Part shown: piece by piece, positions 25,340-37,909 of the stretch
Position numbering within the stretch: the first letter of the stretch is position 1
Layout: every line of letters begins with the position of its first letter
Assembly (NCBI RefSeq): GCF_008831285.2
Contig: NC_045138.2
Coordinates: forward strand, 7,440,001 to 7,504,000
Reading direction: 5' to 3'
From: Nymphaea colorata
Taxonomy: Eukaryota
DNA length: 64,000 bases
Notes under the pieces: generated by a model
What the model was told of the DNA's origin: nothing
Databases searched by the model: none
The model's input: the letters and a program-made list of their open reading frames with translations, nothing else
Program-made: the position numbers and the translations under genes

Positions 25340-27467
25340 TATTGAAAGTTTGATCTTTCAAACTTTTGAAAAAGATTCTTTGAAGAGTTGCTTGGAAACG
25401 TGAAATATTTTAGGAAAAACTAGAATTGGGAAATCTTTTTATATAAGATTTGGAAAGCTTGGGAAATCATTTTCAAGTAACTTTAGTGTTCTCTTAAGAT
25501 TTTAAGTAGGTTTGAGATTTTACTATAATTCGGTTATTACCTAGTTAAAGCTCCATATTATCTTACTTAGATTCTTTTAGAGAGGTGCTTGTGATCATAA
25601 GTGATTGTGGATGCATGAATGCATTGATCCTACATGATTGGAAAGAAAAATCATTCGTCTAGAAACATTCATACCACAACATACATCTATGGTTTTTGTA
25701 ATAAATATTTTTTATTAAAGAGAAAAGTTTTTGAAAATGAAATAAGGTTGTAGGCCCTCAAGCATGATTCCAATATTGGGTCATTACTTTGAGTTTTGGT
25801 CTTAGTGAAGTCGGCAAATGAAAAATTAAAATCTTAAATGACAAAAGGAAAAAATGAAAGACTTTCATAGAGACAAATGTAGAAAAATAGAGAGAGAAAG
25901 AGATTTTGAAAATCATAAAATCAATGATTTAAAAGAAAGAGAGATATGTACTCATATGCATATATATATATATATATATGTATATGTATATATATACGTA
26001 TAGATACGTTTATGAAAACTTGTCAAAATGAGGTTTAAATCAAATAGAGAAGAGAAGATGATTTTAGAAAGAGGAAGAGATTTTAAAATGGAATACATAT
26101 ATATGTATATTCATATATACATATATGAGAGTTTGTAAAACTATGTTAAATCATAAAGAAATGTATTCGTGCACGTATACGTATATAGCATGTATATACA
26201 CATATGTCTTCATGAGTATCAAAATCAGTAAATGACTTGAAAATAGCCGATTTCAATTTTTGATATAGACCGGAGGGAACTTAGGCTTATGCAAGAACCT
26301 AAGTTAACTCTTCAAGGCCGCATTAAAGAGGGTATTTGGTTTTGAAAATCTTTTGAAAAACATGATTCTAAATGAAAATGCATATTAACATGTACACATT
26401 TGCGAATGACTTTCCCGAGTTGGACAAATACCAACCTCAAAAATCAACATAAGAATGAAGAAATCCCAACCCCAAGCACTCAATCTCACTTTGCATTTGC
26501 TCAATGATTAAGGAAAGATCAGAAGATCATGCATGAACATTATCTCAAGCATGAATAAGGAGTGAAGACAATATAGCAAGCATATTTTTGGAGATAAAAT
26601 GAAGAAATAAAATTTATTCCGCATTGCTCATACTCCCAGTGTACTCAAGATATTTCTCTCGATTTCGGATAAGAAATCATTTGAGCTTTCTTGCACGGCC
26701 ATGAGGAGGTGGCAAGAGGAAAAGAGGAAATATATGAAAATGAGAGGAAAATCACATACCTCGAATATGAATAATGTTAGAAATGAGCCTTCTCTTTTGA
26801 ATAATCTTGGAGTCACCTAAGATGAAGCTCCAAAATGCTGAACCCCCAAGGGATCTCTTTGTGCTCCTTCGAAGAGTTGTAGGTTGACGAAGTTTGCTCC
26901 CAATGTTGGAGAAGACGAAAGAAATGGAAAGAGAGAGCTAAGGAAAATAAAAAAAATTCATGTGAGGAAGCATGAGAGGTTCCTCCATGGTTGGCTCCTT
27001 CTCAAGAGGGAAGATTGTGGGAGTATTTATAAAGATTTTGGGGTCAAAAGTTGAAATTCAAAATTCGAATTCAAGATTTGAATTCAAGAGGGAAGAGTTT
27101 TGGAACCAAAATTTAAAATTCAAATTCAAGAGGGAAGAGTTTTGGAACAAAAATTCAAAATTCGAATCCAAGAGGGAAGATCTTTGGAGCTAAAATTCAA
27201 AATTCGAATTCAAGAGCGAAGAACTTTGCCATTCCCGATTTGGATCTAAACTTGGATTTTGGATCGAATTCAGATTTGGTAATTGGATTTTGGATTTGAA
27301 TCTAGTGTCTAAGGTTGGGTTTTGAATTTGAATTTTGTGTTTGGGTTTGGACAATAGTTTAGAAATTCATTTTGGATCGAATAGTGACAAATTTGTTTTG
27401 GGTTGAAAATTCAAATCCAAATAATAAAATAATAGTTTTTTTTTATTTTTAAATTTGGGGTGATACA
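25340..27467 (-). mobile_element. Tat/Ogre-like Gypsy LTR, copy 1 (left boundary approximate)
   Basis: On the minus strand the PPT AAAGAGGGACATC is followed by TGTATCACCCCAAATTT; reverse-complement homology to 29308-31610 and 37910-40150. Confidence 0.65.
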
Positions 27468-27624
27468 GATGTCCCTCTTTGCTACTAAGCCGGTGTTTGT
27501 CGTGCTTAGTGGCAAAGATAAGCACCCCAAATTTTGAGTGATGAAAATTTTGGCTAAAAAGATTAAAAAGTCGAAACTGTATTTCAAGTTTTAACCTCGT
27601 ACTTGAATGAGTTGTTTGAGCTAA

Positions 27625-28005
27625 CGTTGCAGATTTAACCCCTTGCCTGCGCGGGTATGCCGATTTCAAATTCAGGTTTAACCCCTCTGAATGGGTTTAC
27701 TGAACTTGCATCGCAAGTTTAACCCCTTTCCTGTGTGGGTTGTGTTGACTTGCAGGTTCAACCCCTTACCTGTGTGGGCTGCGTTGGCATGCAGTGCAAG
27801 TCTAACCCCTTACCTGTGTGGGATGCTTTGGCTTGCAGTGCAGGTTTAACCCCTTTACCTGCGTGGGTTGCTTTGGCTTGCAATGCAGGTTTAACTCCTT
27901 ATCTACGTGGGTTGCTTTGGCTTGTAGTGCAGGTTTAATCCTTTACATGCGTGGGTTGCTTCGGCTTGCATTGCAGGTTTAACCCCTTGCGTACGTGGGT
28001 TGCCC
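27625..28005. repeat. ~44-bp tandem repeat, about 9 units, just internal to the PPT
   Basis: Unit about GGTTTAACCCCTTACCTGCGTGGGTTGCTTTGGCTTGCAGTGCA, starting near 27631, 27675, 27716, 27755, 27799, 27843, 27888, 27932, 27976. Confidence 0.9.
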
Positions 28006-29307
28006 TTTTGTCCATAAGACGAAATGCATCAATGATAAACATAGCCCTTGGATTGATTATCCCCGGTGAAAGCGCCGGGAATGGTCAATCCTTGTACCGA
28101 CGAGTGGGTCACTTTCTCTCTTATTTTCAATACAAAACCTCATTTTTCTGGAGCACTCCAGAACCAGTAAAACTTTGGGATGCAAACAGCTTGAAATTGG
28201 CCTTTGATTTAATTTATTTTTTGGCAAGTTATCTTGAGAGCTAGTAGTGGGAGAAGGCAACTAGGACCTAATTGTCACACAATCATGTAGAAGGAACATA
28301 ACAAATCTCAGGATTAACTTCTAGCATTCAAGATTTCTCCACCATCATTATAAAAGAATAAAGAGAGTGAGAAACATATTTTTGTTCATATGACAAGTGG
28401 ATTTTTGAGCTTCAAGAAGACGAATTGCAATCAGTTCAAACCAATGAACAACATCTTTAACACAGATGAAAAAAGGGGGTGGGATACCTTCCCCTTCCCT
28501 TTGCCTCCAAGGTCTAGGGTTGCTTCGGGACCTGAGTGAACTGATAACATTGCTCCCTTTAACTCGAAAAGTAATGTATGCCACCACTTTGCAGTCTAAA
28601 GTAGGATCAATGAAAATCAAATTGAAGACCATACTTTCACACATATTTTATAATGTGTAGAGTAGTAGAAAGATGGCACAACAACACTTCTCAACATTAA
28701 TAAAAACGGAAAATATTTGGTCAACACATTCAAGAAGGTAGTATGTTAGCTAATGGTAAGCCTTACAATGTACGGGTGGAGAATATTGAATTGAACAGAC
28801 CCATAATTATGCAATAAGAATCATACAAGGTTGAGCTAAAGTGATGTCAATTTGCCCTTGGTCTCCTTCATTTCCTTTGGTGCTAAGCATCTTTATACAT
28901 TCTTACGCTCTTATAGCCATTAATGCCTGTGAGGAGTGATCAATCACTTCAAAAATATGGGCTTTTAAACTGAGTGAAGTGAATCTTTGTGCAATATTTA
29001 TTCATAGGAAAGAAAGAAAGATTTTTGGTAGTAAGAAGGGATTGCATCAAGGGGCTCTCAACTGATTTTCATTGCATCTAGTAGTTGAGATGTTTTCAAG
29101 ATGTATTAGAAGAGAAGTTCAAAGAAAGAATACTATAATTCCTTGGTTAGCAGGTGCTAATTGTTTTCAATCTCCAAGTATATTTTTTTTATGACATGAT
29201 AATTGTTAGTAGCTGAGCCAAGATCTGTTTTTTCTACTAAAAATTTGGTTGCAAATCCTTGTACCAAGCGCGGCTAGGTGCCAGCTTAGTAACAAAGAGG
29301 GGCATCT

Positions 29308-31610
29308 ATTATCACCCTAAATTTTTTTCAAAAGGACTGTATTTTATTTTCACCCAAACAAAATTTTCAGACACCAAGCCCAATCCTAGACCCAAAACAA
29401 ATTTACGACTATTTGATCCAAAATGAATATCTAAACCCATGTCTGAACCCAAAACACAAAATCCAAATTCAAAACTCAAATTTAAAAGCAAATGGTCAGG
29501 ACTTTTTTGAAAGGTCAAGACTAATTTGTATGTCATCAGGTGTAACCATACCAAAAGGTCAGGACTCTCTGGAAAGGTCAGGACTTTTTCAGACATTTGT
29601 AATTTGTGGTCCTTCTTCCTTCAAGTGGCTTGACTCGCATAGAAATATGCCACTGACATGGGTAAAGTTAAAGCAACAGTCTCACTAGGGGTTACTCCAT
29701 TAACAAAACAAGGATTTTGAGTCAATCCAAATCGAGCATCCGTCATCTTGACAAGGATGAATACGTTCCTTAAGTTTATCTCTTTGTTTTTTAGTGGTCG
29801 AAACCCATTCATTAAAGAGGGCCTCCGCAGGTAGTTTTTCCGCTGTGCAAAAAGACATCTCTTTCAAGAAGATTAGGTCATCACAATTCCTTGTGAGCAT
29901 CGGGAATATCCCCATTCATAGGTCCGAGATCCACATCTATGAATTGAAAGGTCCAAATGATCACGCACTCTTTCAAGGGTGGCTGCTTCTAGGCAAACCT
30001 CAGGCTGTCTCTGCACCCCTACCTCCTTTATTGTAGAGGTGCTGCTCCTCTCGTATCGGCTGGCTTCCGGAAGGAATGAAAGGGGGACCATCCTTTGATC
30101 CGCCGTGGGTTATCAGCCTACCCTGAGTACAAAAATGGGTTCTTTGCAAGAAAGAATTACTTCTACTAAAGAGGGATCTATAACTTCCATTCAAGCAGTT
30201 TATGTACCTACAGACTATTTGACTGATCCTGCTCCTGCCACAACATTTGCACATTTAGATGCTACTACCATACTATCAAGAGGATTAGCTGCCGTCATTC
30301 CTTAAGTCCCATGGGTTTGATAGTACGGTAGTAGCATCTAAATGTGAAAAAGTCATGCCAGAAGCATATGCTGGTGGTGGGCCTTCTTTGCCATCAGCTG
30401 GGATGACTGTCAGGCAGATGAATCAGATTTCAGACACATGTGCCCCAAGAGCAGGGAGGAGGAGATCCAGTAACAGTGGATCAACCTGCCAAGCCGAGAA
30501 AGCATTTGTCTCATGAAAAAATATCGCTCGAAAGAGCCAACAATGCTGGTTCGGTATTCGCAGGAATAGAAGCTTCTCATCGAATGAATGGCATCTTCTT
30601 CTGGAAATCCTAGCTATTGGTCTTGGCAGATTCAACCAAAACTTGATCCCTAACGTGGAAAAAGAGAAGAGTGCGTATGTCCATTGTTACTCTGATCTGA
30701 TGGACGAACCATCGGGTTGGTTGTCCCACTGATTATAATCATCATCATTATCCCTTCCCCCCACATCCAACTTAGACATGTCATTTGCTCAAAAAAGACA
30801 AACTCCGCTGTTCCTCTCGCTCCGCTCTTGATGAGTCAGGACGGGCCTATCTCCTAAATGCATACTGATCTAATGTACCCTCGCCACATAACAAGAAAAT
30901 CAAAGCAAAATCCCTCAAATTTAAATCGAAATACAAAACTAAAATCAAAACAACAAATTTGAATTTGTGAATGTTGTGCATGCGTGCACGGATGTTTCCT
31001 TTGTTTTATGTTTCGTTCTCATGCCAAAACGTGTTTTTGATCCTAAGTCACTCGCTAGAACGCGTCGGCAGCCAACTCAACCCAGTCCGGATTTAAAACA
31101 AACCCGAAGTCACTCAAAACGAAGTCGACCAGCCATTTGTAAAAAAAAACATGTTTTTGACATATTTTAAATAAAAATTTGTTTTACACTTATATGAACA
31201 ACCTTTTTATTATTATTTATTTATTCAACTATTTTATTTTACTTTATTTTGTTCTTTTTTAAAAAAATTGTGCGTTGTTGGGTGTCAACGCGCGCGTCCG
31301 CACGCCACGCAAGTGGCATGAGCACGTCCGTGCACCGCTTGAGAGACAGGGCCGGCACGTGCAGGCCCCTTTCTTGACTAAAACCGCCCCCAATTTTGGC
31401 CCCTTTGGGTGAGCAATAGCCCTGCCCACACCCCAAAGGGGTGTTTGAAAATGGCCAATCCCACTTGGTCATTGCCTATTTAAAAAATAAAAATAAAATC
31501 ACTCAAAATATTTAAAATTCGCATGCAATTCATGTTAAATTTAAAAAAATTCAAATTTTTTATCATGAATCCAAAACTGTCTATAAATAACCACACAATT
31601 ATATCTATTG
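29308..31610 (+). mobile_element. Tat/Ogre-like LTR, copy 2, carrying a ~1.4-kb insert (~29487-30890)
   Basis: PPT AAAGAGGGGCATC then TATTATCACCCTAAATTT; matches 37930-38920 on both sides of the insert; CTATAAATA at 31581. Confidence 0.65.
30099..30293 (+). pseudogene. atpB: Plastid atpB fragment (organelle-to-nucleus transfer)
   Basis: [71 protein letters not shown] and SRGLAA are plastid-type. Confidence 0.93.
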
Positions 31611-31611
31611 G

Positions 31612-34383
31612 TGTTAACACCCCAAATTTTTCTACATCAGAACTGAAGTGATATCAAAATTTTACAAAAGAACTGTGAAAAATTGCAATTTCAAAGCTAA
31701 TTTTGAATCTAAAGAACAATTTAGATTGAATATAACCTGTGACACAAATCCCAATGTAGGATTACGAATCTAATTATAAATGTCATTTGAAATCCAAATC
31801 CAATTGCAAAATTCAAATTTTGACTTAAATCCAAGAATTGGATCCAATTAAGTCTAGAATGCTACGTGGGACCCACATGTGGGCCCCACCTAGCCCGTGG
31901 TCAAGAGCCTCACAGGGGTATCCCCCCCCCCATTTAATATATATATATATATATATTCTCTCAATTAAATAAATAAAAGTCATTTTCAAGGAAAAATGAA
32001 TGAGAAACCTAGGAAAAGAGAGACATTTATGTTTCTCTCTCTTCTTTAACCAGGTCCTCTTTAAAGAAGAGTCAATTTCCAAAAAGCAAAAACTAGACTG
32101 ATCAAACTTACCTAACCTACTTAATTCAAGTATGTTTGACCCGGGTGCACCCAAATGTGGTGTCAATTTCAGCTAGGTTTGGTCAACTTGGCCTCAGCAC
32201 AGTCGAAAGGGTACGTCTATCCCGCGACCCAAATCAGTAGACAAAAATAGACTTTGACCAAATCGAACCCACTTTGACTAGACTCTGTCAAAGTACAATG
32301 CAGCACAATTAAGAGATTTCTTAGCTCAAATTTATCAAATTGCTTCAAACAAAGTCAAACTACTCACAAATGAGTTTTGACTTTGGTCAATTGGTCGAAA
32401 TTGACCAATCTGAACAATTTTGCCCTTCTATGATCAAATTGAAATTACAGAGCTTAAATTGGTTTATAAAAGAAATATACATTTAGATTTGTCAAATATA
32501 TAAATCAAATACAAAATTTAATATTTCAAACCAAAGTTTGATTGAGTTGAAATCCATCTTTAATCAAGTTATGGATGAAAATACCCTTTTCAAACCAAAT
32601 TTGATAAAATTCAAATTTTATTCAAATTTAAATCAAATTATCATAATTCAATGACGTTTGGAGCTTAGTAACTAGTTTTTAAGCTAACAAGCTCGATTTC
32701 AAACAAGAAAAAAATAAGTAGTACAAAATAAGGAAAAACCGTGTGCAAGGGCATTTTCACCCAAAATTTTTGTCAAAGTTGGTCATCTAGGTTTGAACCA
32801 ATGTTGACCAAACCTATCCCAACCCACCTAGCTTGTGTAAATGGGCTAAGAATGGTCAATTAGAGCTATTAACCCTATTTAACACATTTTACAAGTCCCC
32901 AAGGTCCTAAACAAGTTTCCAAGGTGAGTTAAGGTGGTGGTTGAATCCACCTCCTCCTCTATATAAGCCTCCCCTTAGGCACCAAGGGGGAGGACAAAAA
33001 TTTCAAGTACTTTACCAAGTTGTTGCAGCCAAGGAGCTAGGAGGGAGAAGCCAAGGAGGAGAAAGAAGATTCGTCTAAGCCTCCTTCCCCCTTCTCTCTC
33101 ATTTTCTTCTTCATTCCCTTTATCGAGTCTGCTAAGTGAAGGTGCTTAAGTGAACCCTTACTTAGGATTTTCATGGAGAGAAGCTCTCTTCTTTTCCACT
33201 CTAAATTTCAACAAGCAAGCTATTCTTTTTCTAGCTTTGCTAAGCTCGAGTCCAAGCTTGGATTCGTGCTTAGGATTGCTCGATTTAAAAAACAGGTGAA
33301 GGCGAAGATCAAGTATCAAGACCGACCACAAGGTAGGTGATTTTAATCAATTTCTCATCTATTTTGGCTTGTTGTTAGTTCATTTTAGTTTCAACAATTT
33401 GTGTGAGGGTTTATTTTCATTTGTTTTATGTTTGGGAATGATGTCCAGCTAGGGGAAACTCATGATTGAATGTACATGTTAATGCATAATGCATGCATAT
33501 ATCGGCTTTCTTAAAGATGAACCCATTTATCAAGTTTTGAAACACGGCCCCAAGGCCATGTTCCTTTCAAAATAACATGCTTAAAACCATTTTGAATCCC
33601 TTACCATGAGAGAATCCCACGATGAGAGAGTGATTTTGCTACAACATATGCAATGAAAACGCCAATTAGGGATGGATACATTCTTATGAATGTGATCCAC
33701 CCTTGCATGGCAACATTATAGATGAATTAGCTTGAGCATTGTTTTATTTTCCTTCTCATTTGAAGTCGTTCGGATTCATGTCTTTCAATTTAATTGATCA
33801 AGGATGGTAGACAAGATTAGAAACAAGTTTTCAATATTCTTACGTAAAAGAACCCAGCCATGAATCATCATGATTCATGAGTCATGCGGTCCCTTGATTA
33901 AATTCCATTTTGAGGAGTAAGATATGTATGTATACATATTGTTATATATATATACACGTGCAATCTCTTGTTAAAAATTATTTTCTTCTTTTAAAATCAG
34001 GTTGGAACACGTTTCCAAACTGGTTTTTAAGAAAGGTGATCATTTTGTTGATTTTCATAGTGCAAGGCAGTGAAATCATTTTTATTTTATTTTTACTTAA
34101 TTTCAGCAATCCATAAGTAAAATGCTTGCTGGAATTAGACTATACTTTATGGAAATTAGCTTAAGGATGTCAAATTTTATACATTTGGGATACCAATTTT
34201 CAGTCACAAAGTGGCTATATTTTGAAGAATAATAAAAAGGTTCTAGGCCTACCTAATCGGCTCTCTAAAAGCCTTTTAGAAATTTTTGATTTCATTCACC
34301 AATTTTCAGACTTACATGTGATTGATTGAGCCTCAAAAAAATTATGTAAGATCATATTTCAAAAGTCATAATCTTTGTATCCT
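31612..34383 (+). mobile_element. Nested Gypsy LTR of a second family, interrupted by a Harbinger at 34387
   Basis: Starts TGTTAACACCCCAAATTTT exactly where LTR copy 2 homology stops; CTATATAAG at ~32959 followed by purine/pyrimidine-rich R/U5-like sequence. Confidence 0.55.
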
Positions 34384-34584
34384 TTAGGGGGCATTTCACG
34401 GGCGGGGATTTCCTTGTGGAACCAGAAACATTTTTCTGGTTTTCAAAATATTTCCAGCGTAACAAACACAGAAATATTTTTTCAACCGTCCAGGTCGATT
34501 CCGGAAACATATTTCCAGAAATACGTTTCAACCGGGAGGGGTGGAAACATATTTTCAGAATTTTCTTTTGGCCCGTTAGGGCTA

Positions 34585-34980
34585 GCCCGCTCGCGTTCTG
34601 CCTCTTTCTTCCTGCCGCGAGTTCCTCACCCAGCCGCTCTCTCACATTCTGCCTCTTCCTTCTTGTCGCGACTTCCTCACCCAACTGCAGCCGCTGCTCG
34701 CTCACATTCTACCCCTTTCTTCCTGCGGCGAGTTCCTCACCCAGCCGCTCGCTCGCGTTCTGCCTCTTCATTCCTGCCGCGAGTTCCTCACCCAGCTGTA
34801 GGCACTGCTCGCTCACGTTCTGCCCCTTTCTTCCTGCCGCGAGTTCCTCATCCAGCCGCTCGCTCGCGTTCTGCCTCTTCCTTTCTGCCGCGAGTTCCTC
34901 ACCCAACTGCAGCCACTGCTCGCTCACGTTCTGCCCCTTCCTTCCTGCCGCGAGTTCCAGCCGCTGCTCGCTCACGTTCG
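34585..34980. repeat. GC-rich minisatellite, alternating 51/60-bp monomers (111-bp dimer), 7 monomers
   Basis: GA(G/C)TTCC anchor at 34619, 34670, 34730, 34781, 34841, 34892, 34952. Confidence 0.92.
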
Positions 34981-36318
34981 ACCTCGTGGTCTCCCTCACA
35001 CTCGCCTGCTCCTGCCACTCACCTTCTCCTGCCACTCACCTGCTCCGGTGCGTAAGATCAATACCATAGTGCTTTTGATTTTCATCTTGTTGATTTAGTC
35101 ATGGGGCTTGGAAAGCCTTCTGCGCCTTGGCTTGAACGTTTTTTAGAAGACCCTTTCTGTTGTTTCAGCATGGTTTAAAAATTTTTAGAGTTCATCATTT
35201 CCATTGTTCGAATCTGGTTATCATCTTTGACGGTTTGACCCTTTTTCCTGCTATATGGCTCTGTACAATCGTACACAATCATGCGTTTCCTTGATCCTAT
35301 TTGCTTTTTTGGGTGCTTTTGTGTTGGTTGATTACTGTCACCGGATTGTCCATCGGATTAGGCATGTCATACACAGTGAATTGTGTCTTTCTGGTAATCA
35401 TGCTTCACCTTTCATTGTCCTTCATCTTTCATATGCACTTGCGACAGGGGTTTGAATGAGAGGTCGAGTTTCCACTACCCTTCCATTTTCTGATCAGATC
35501 CTTGATGTTCACTACTAGAGGCACTTGCTCTTGAAACTTACTGCAACAAAATTTTCATAGTTCCTTAGCTCTAGGATAGAAAAGAAGTAAATGGGAGGAC
35601 GATTCTGAACCCAATCCACAACCAGGACACCTACTAGCCAGGAAAATACCGAGCTGTTATGGTCTAATCTATGTTCCACAGCTAGGAAAAGGAACCAAGA
35701 GGCTGAAGGCGAAACATGCCTGGCCCATATGGTGGATCTCCAATCTTCGAAAAGGAAATTTTGTATCAAATTCAGATTGTTTGTAAAATCCGATCAACAG
35801 AGTTTTGAATCAGGCCAAAATATTAAAACAACATTTCCAGATCAAGTTCCAGGTATGCCACTACTTCTCATCGGGTCTAAAAATTAGTGCATTTCTCAAC
35901 TTGTTACGAGAGTCTTGGCTACCTTTGTTATTGTGCTTTCACGTCAAGTCTTGGCCCTTCATGTAGTGTTGCAGTCATGGATACCTAGAAGATCTCTCTC
36001 TCTCTCTAGTTCTCTCTCTAGACAGACCTATAAAAGTGAGAAGCACTGGTGCACTTCCAGCTTTTGGCTTTGCGACATGCTAACTTTATCTCGTTGATCA
36101 ATAGGACATATAAGCTAACACATTTGGCAAACTGAGTTATAAACTGATCTAAGTGCATCTTCATCAACTTACTATATCAAGCACTCTTTGTCTTCACCCC
36201 TTTTTTTGCTGAAATAGAACTGATTTTTTGGCTAGCTTAGTGCTGCCTTCTCAAGAAGGTTTCATTTGTTGTAGTTACACTTGTTCATTCAATAAGATTC
36301 TTTTGTGTTGTAGTAGCT

Positions 36319-37323
36319 ATGGAAGGAACAAGCAACTCAATAAATGATAGTCTCATATGGACTGATGTTCAACTAGAATATCTAATAAATTTTCTAGTTC
36401 AACAATCACGACTACCTGGCATGAAGTCAGGCGGCAATCTAAAGCCAAAAGCTTATAAGGCCATTGAACAAAAGATGATAGAAAAGTTTGGGCCAGGTTT
36501 CACAGTAGAAAAAATAAAAAACAAGTTGAAGATTACAAAAGCAGATTACAACATATGCAAGCAAATTTTGACAACAAGTGGGTTTGGTTGGAACCCAACA
36601 CACAAGTGCGTAGATGTTGACAATGAAGTTTGGGCCGTCTACATTCAGGTAAACCGGGAAACATTGTGTTTGAAATTAATCATCGTGTCAATTACTATAT
36701 ACAACATATGTGACTAAAATTCAAACTGCAGAAATTCCCTGAGAGGCAGAAATTTAAAGGAGAGCAAAAATGGAAACACTATGAAGAGTTACATGAAGTG
36801 TACGGTCCATCAACTGCCACAGGTCGTGATGCTAATAATTGTACTTCGTTCATGATGACTGAAGACTATGAGTCTAATCATGCAGCAGAGACCCCTATAA
36901 CCCATACGCCTGATTTGGGGATAAATATTGATGAAAATATAAGTTTCACACAAATGTTGAATAGTGATTCTCCTATACCATCACCGGCACATGTTCAATA
37001 AGATTCACGGCCTGCTACATCTGAAAGTAGGACTACAAACTCATCAAACAAAAGAGCTAGATTAAGTACGAATGACGAGGACTTTCGAACAATAATGCGA
37101 CATAGGCGATAGTTTTCAAGCCATCATAAACACATCTACAACACAAACATTGGACAAATGTTTGGATATATTGCATGAAATGCTCGACTCGGGAGAGATT
37201 GATAATAACATGCACTTAAGAGCTCTGATGCTAATGGAGCAGGGAAATAAGTCAGTCATCTTCCTCAAACTTCGGCCGACTGAACGTGTGCCTTGGTTGC
37301 TGCTTAATCTCAATCATCAATAG
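36319..37323 (+). pseudogene. Harbinger Myb/SANT-like protein; intron 36649-36731; stop at 36999 and a frameshift near 37100
   Basis: WTDVQLEYLINFL..GNLKPKAY..KIKNKLK..SGFGWNP..VW; GT..AG intron keeps frame into KFPERQKFK..YEELHEVYG..ATG. Confidence 0.88.
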
Positions 37324-37525
37324 TAAATAGTACGTGTTCTCCTACTTGGTTATAATTCATTGTTGTGTTCATTTGAACTTCTATGCAATTGAAAAGATAC
37401 ATATATGTTTGTTTTATGGCCGTTAATTTGTTTTCGCTTTTCATATTAAAATGTTTTATTCGTAGATGGTATGATTATTCATGACGAATGTTACTTTTTT
37501 GTATGTGCTACCCAGTGCTGCAGTC

Positions 37526-37909
37526 ATGTTGTTAGATGATGACAGAGAACATGTTATAGTGAAAATGATGTTTGTGTTGGTCATCATATTTTATAGATTC
37601 CCACATCGGCGTAGGCAAATTGTTCACCCTTATAGAAATGCTGGTAGTCAATTTGTTCATAATATCATTAACGGCCATCCAAGGAATTGTTTGGACTTAC
37701 TGCGCATGGATCTCAACTCGTTTATTACACTATGTAATATATTGAAAGAGAAAAATTTAGGAGAAGTTGGTCGTGAAATCAACATTGAAGAACAAGTTGC
37801 TATCTTTATACTTACTGTTGGTCATAATGAGCGCAATCGTGCATGCCAAAACACGTTCCGACACTCAGGTCAAACAATTAGTAAGTATGTGAACCTCATT
37901 CTACGAGCA
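37526..37909 (+). pseudogene. Harbinger transposase N-terminus, truncated before the DDE core
   Basis: GHPRNCLDLLRMD..F..LC..L, IEEQVAIFILTVGHNERNR..QNTFRHSGQTISKY. Confidence 0.9.

Larger units (their letters stand above)
34387..37909 (+). mobile_element. PIF/Harbinger element copy 2, 3'-truncated
   Basis: TTA then GGGGGCATTTCAC (putative TIR), subterminal GGAAAC/GTTTC motifs, tandem array, Myb ORF, transposase N-terminus. Confidence 0.75.

Noticed and set aside
28180..29170. Possible minus-strand LINE 3' remnant (similar hints on the plus strand at 49620-50640)
   Set aside because: Too decayed to support by eye; needs BLASTX.
30105..30305. Functional ATP synthase beta gene
   Set aside because: Only ~65 internal codons, conserved residues mutated, embedded in an LTR.
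34352..35069. Long repetitive ORFs (226, 217, 117, 108 aa)
   Set aside because: Translations of a minisatellite whose units are multiples of three, open in several frames at once.
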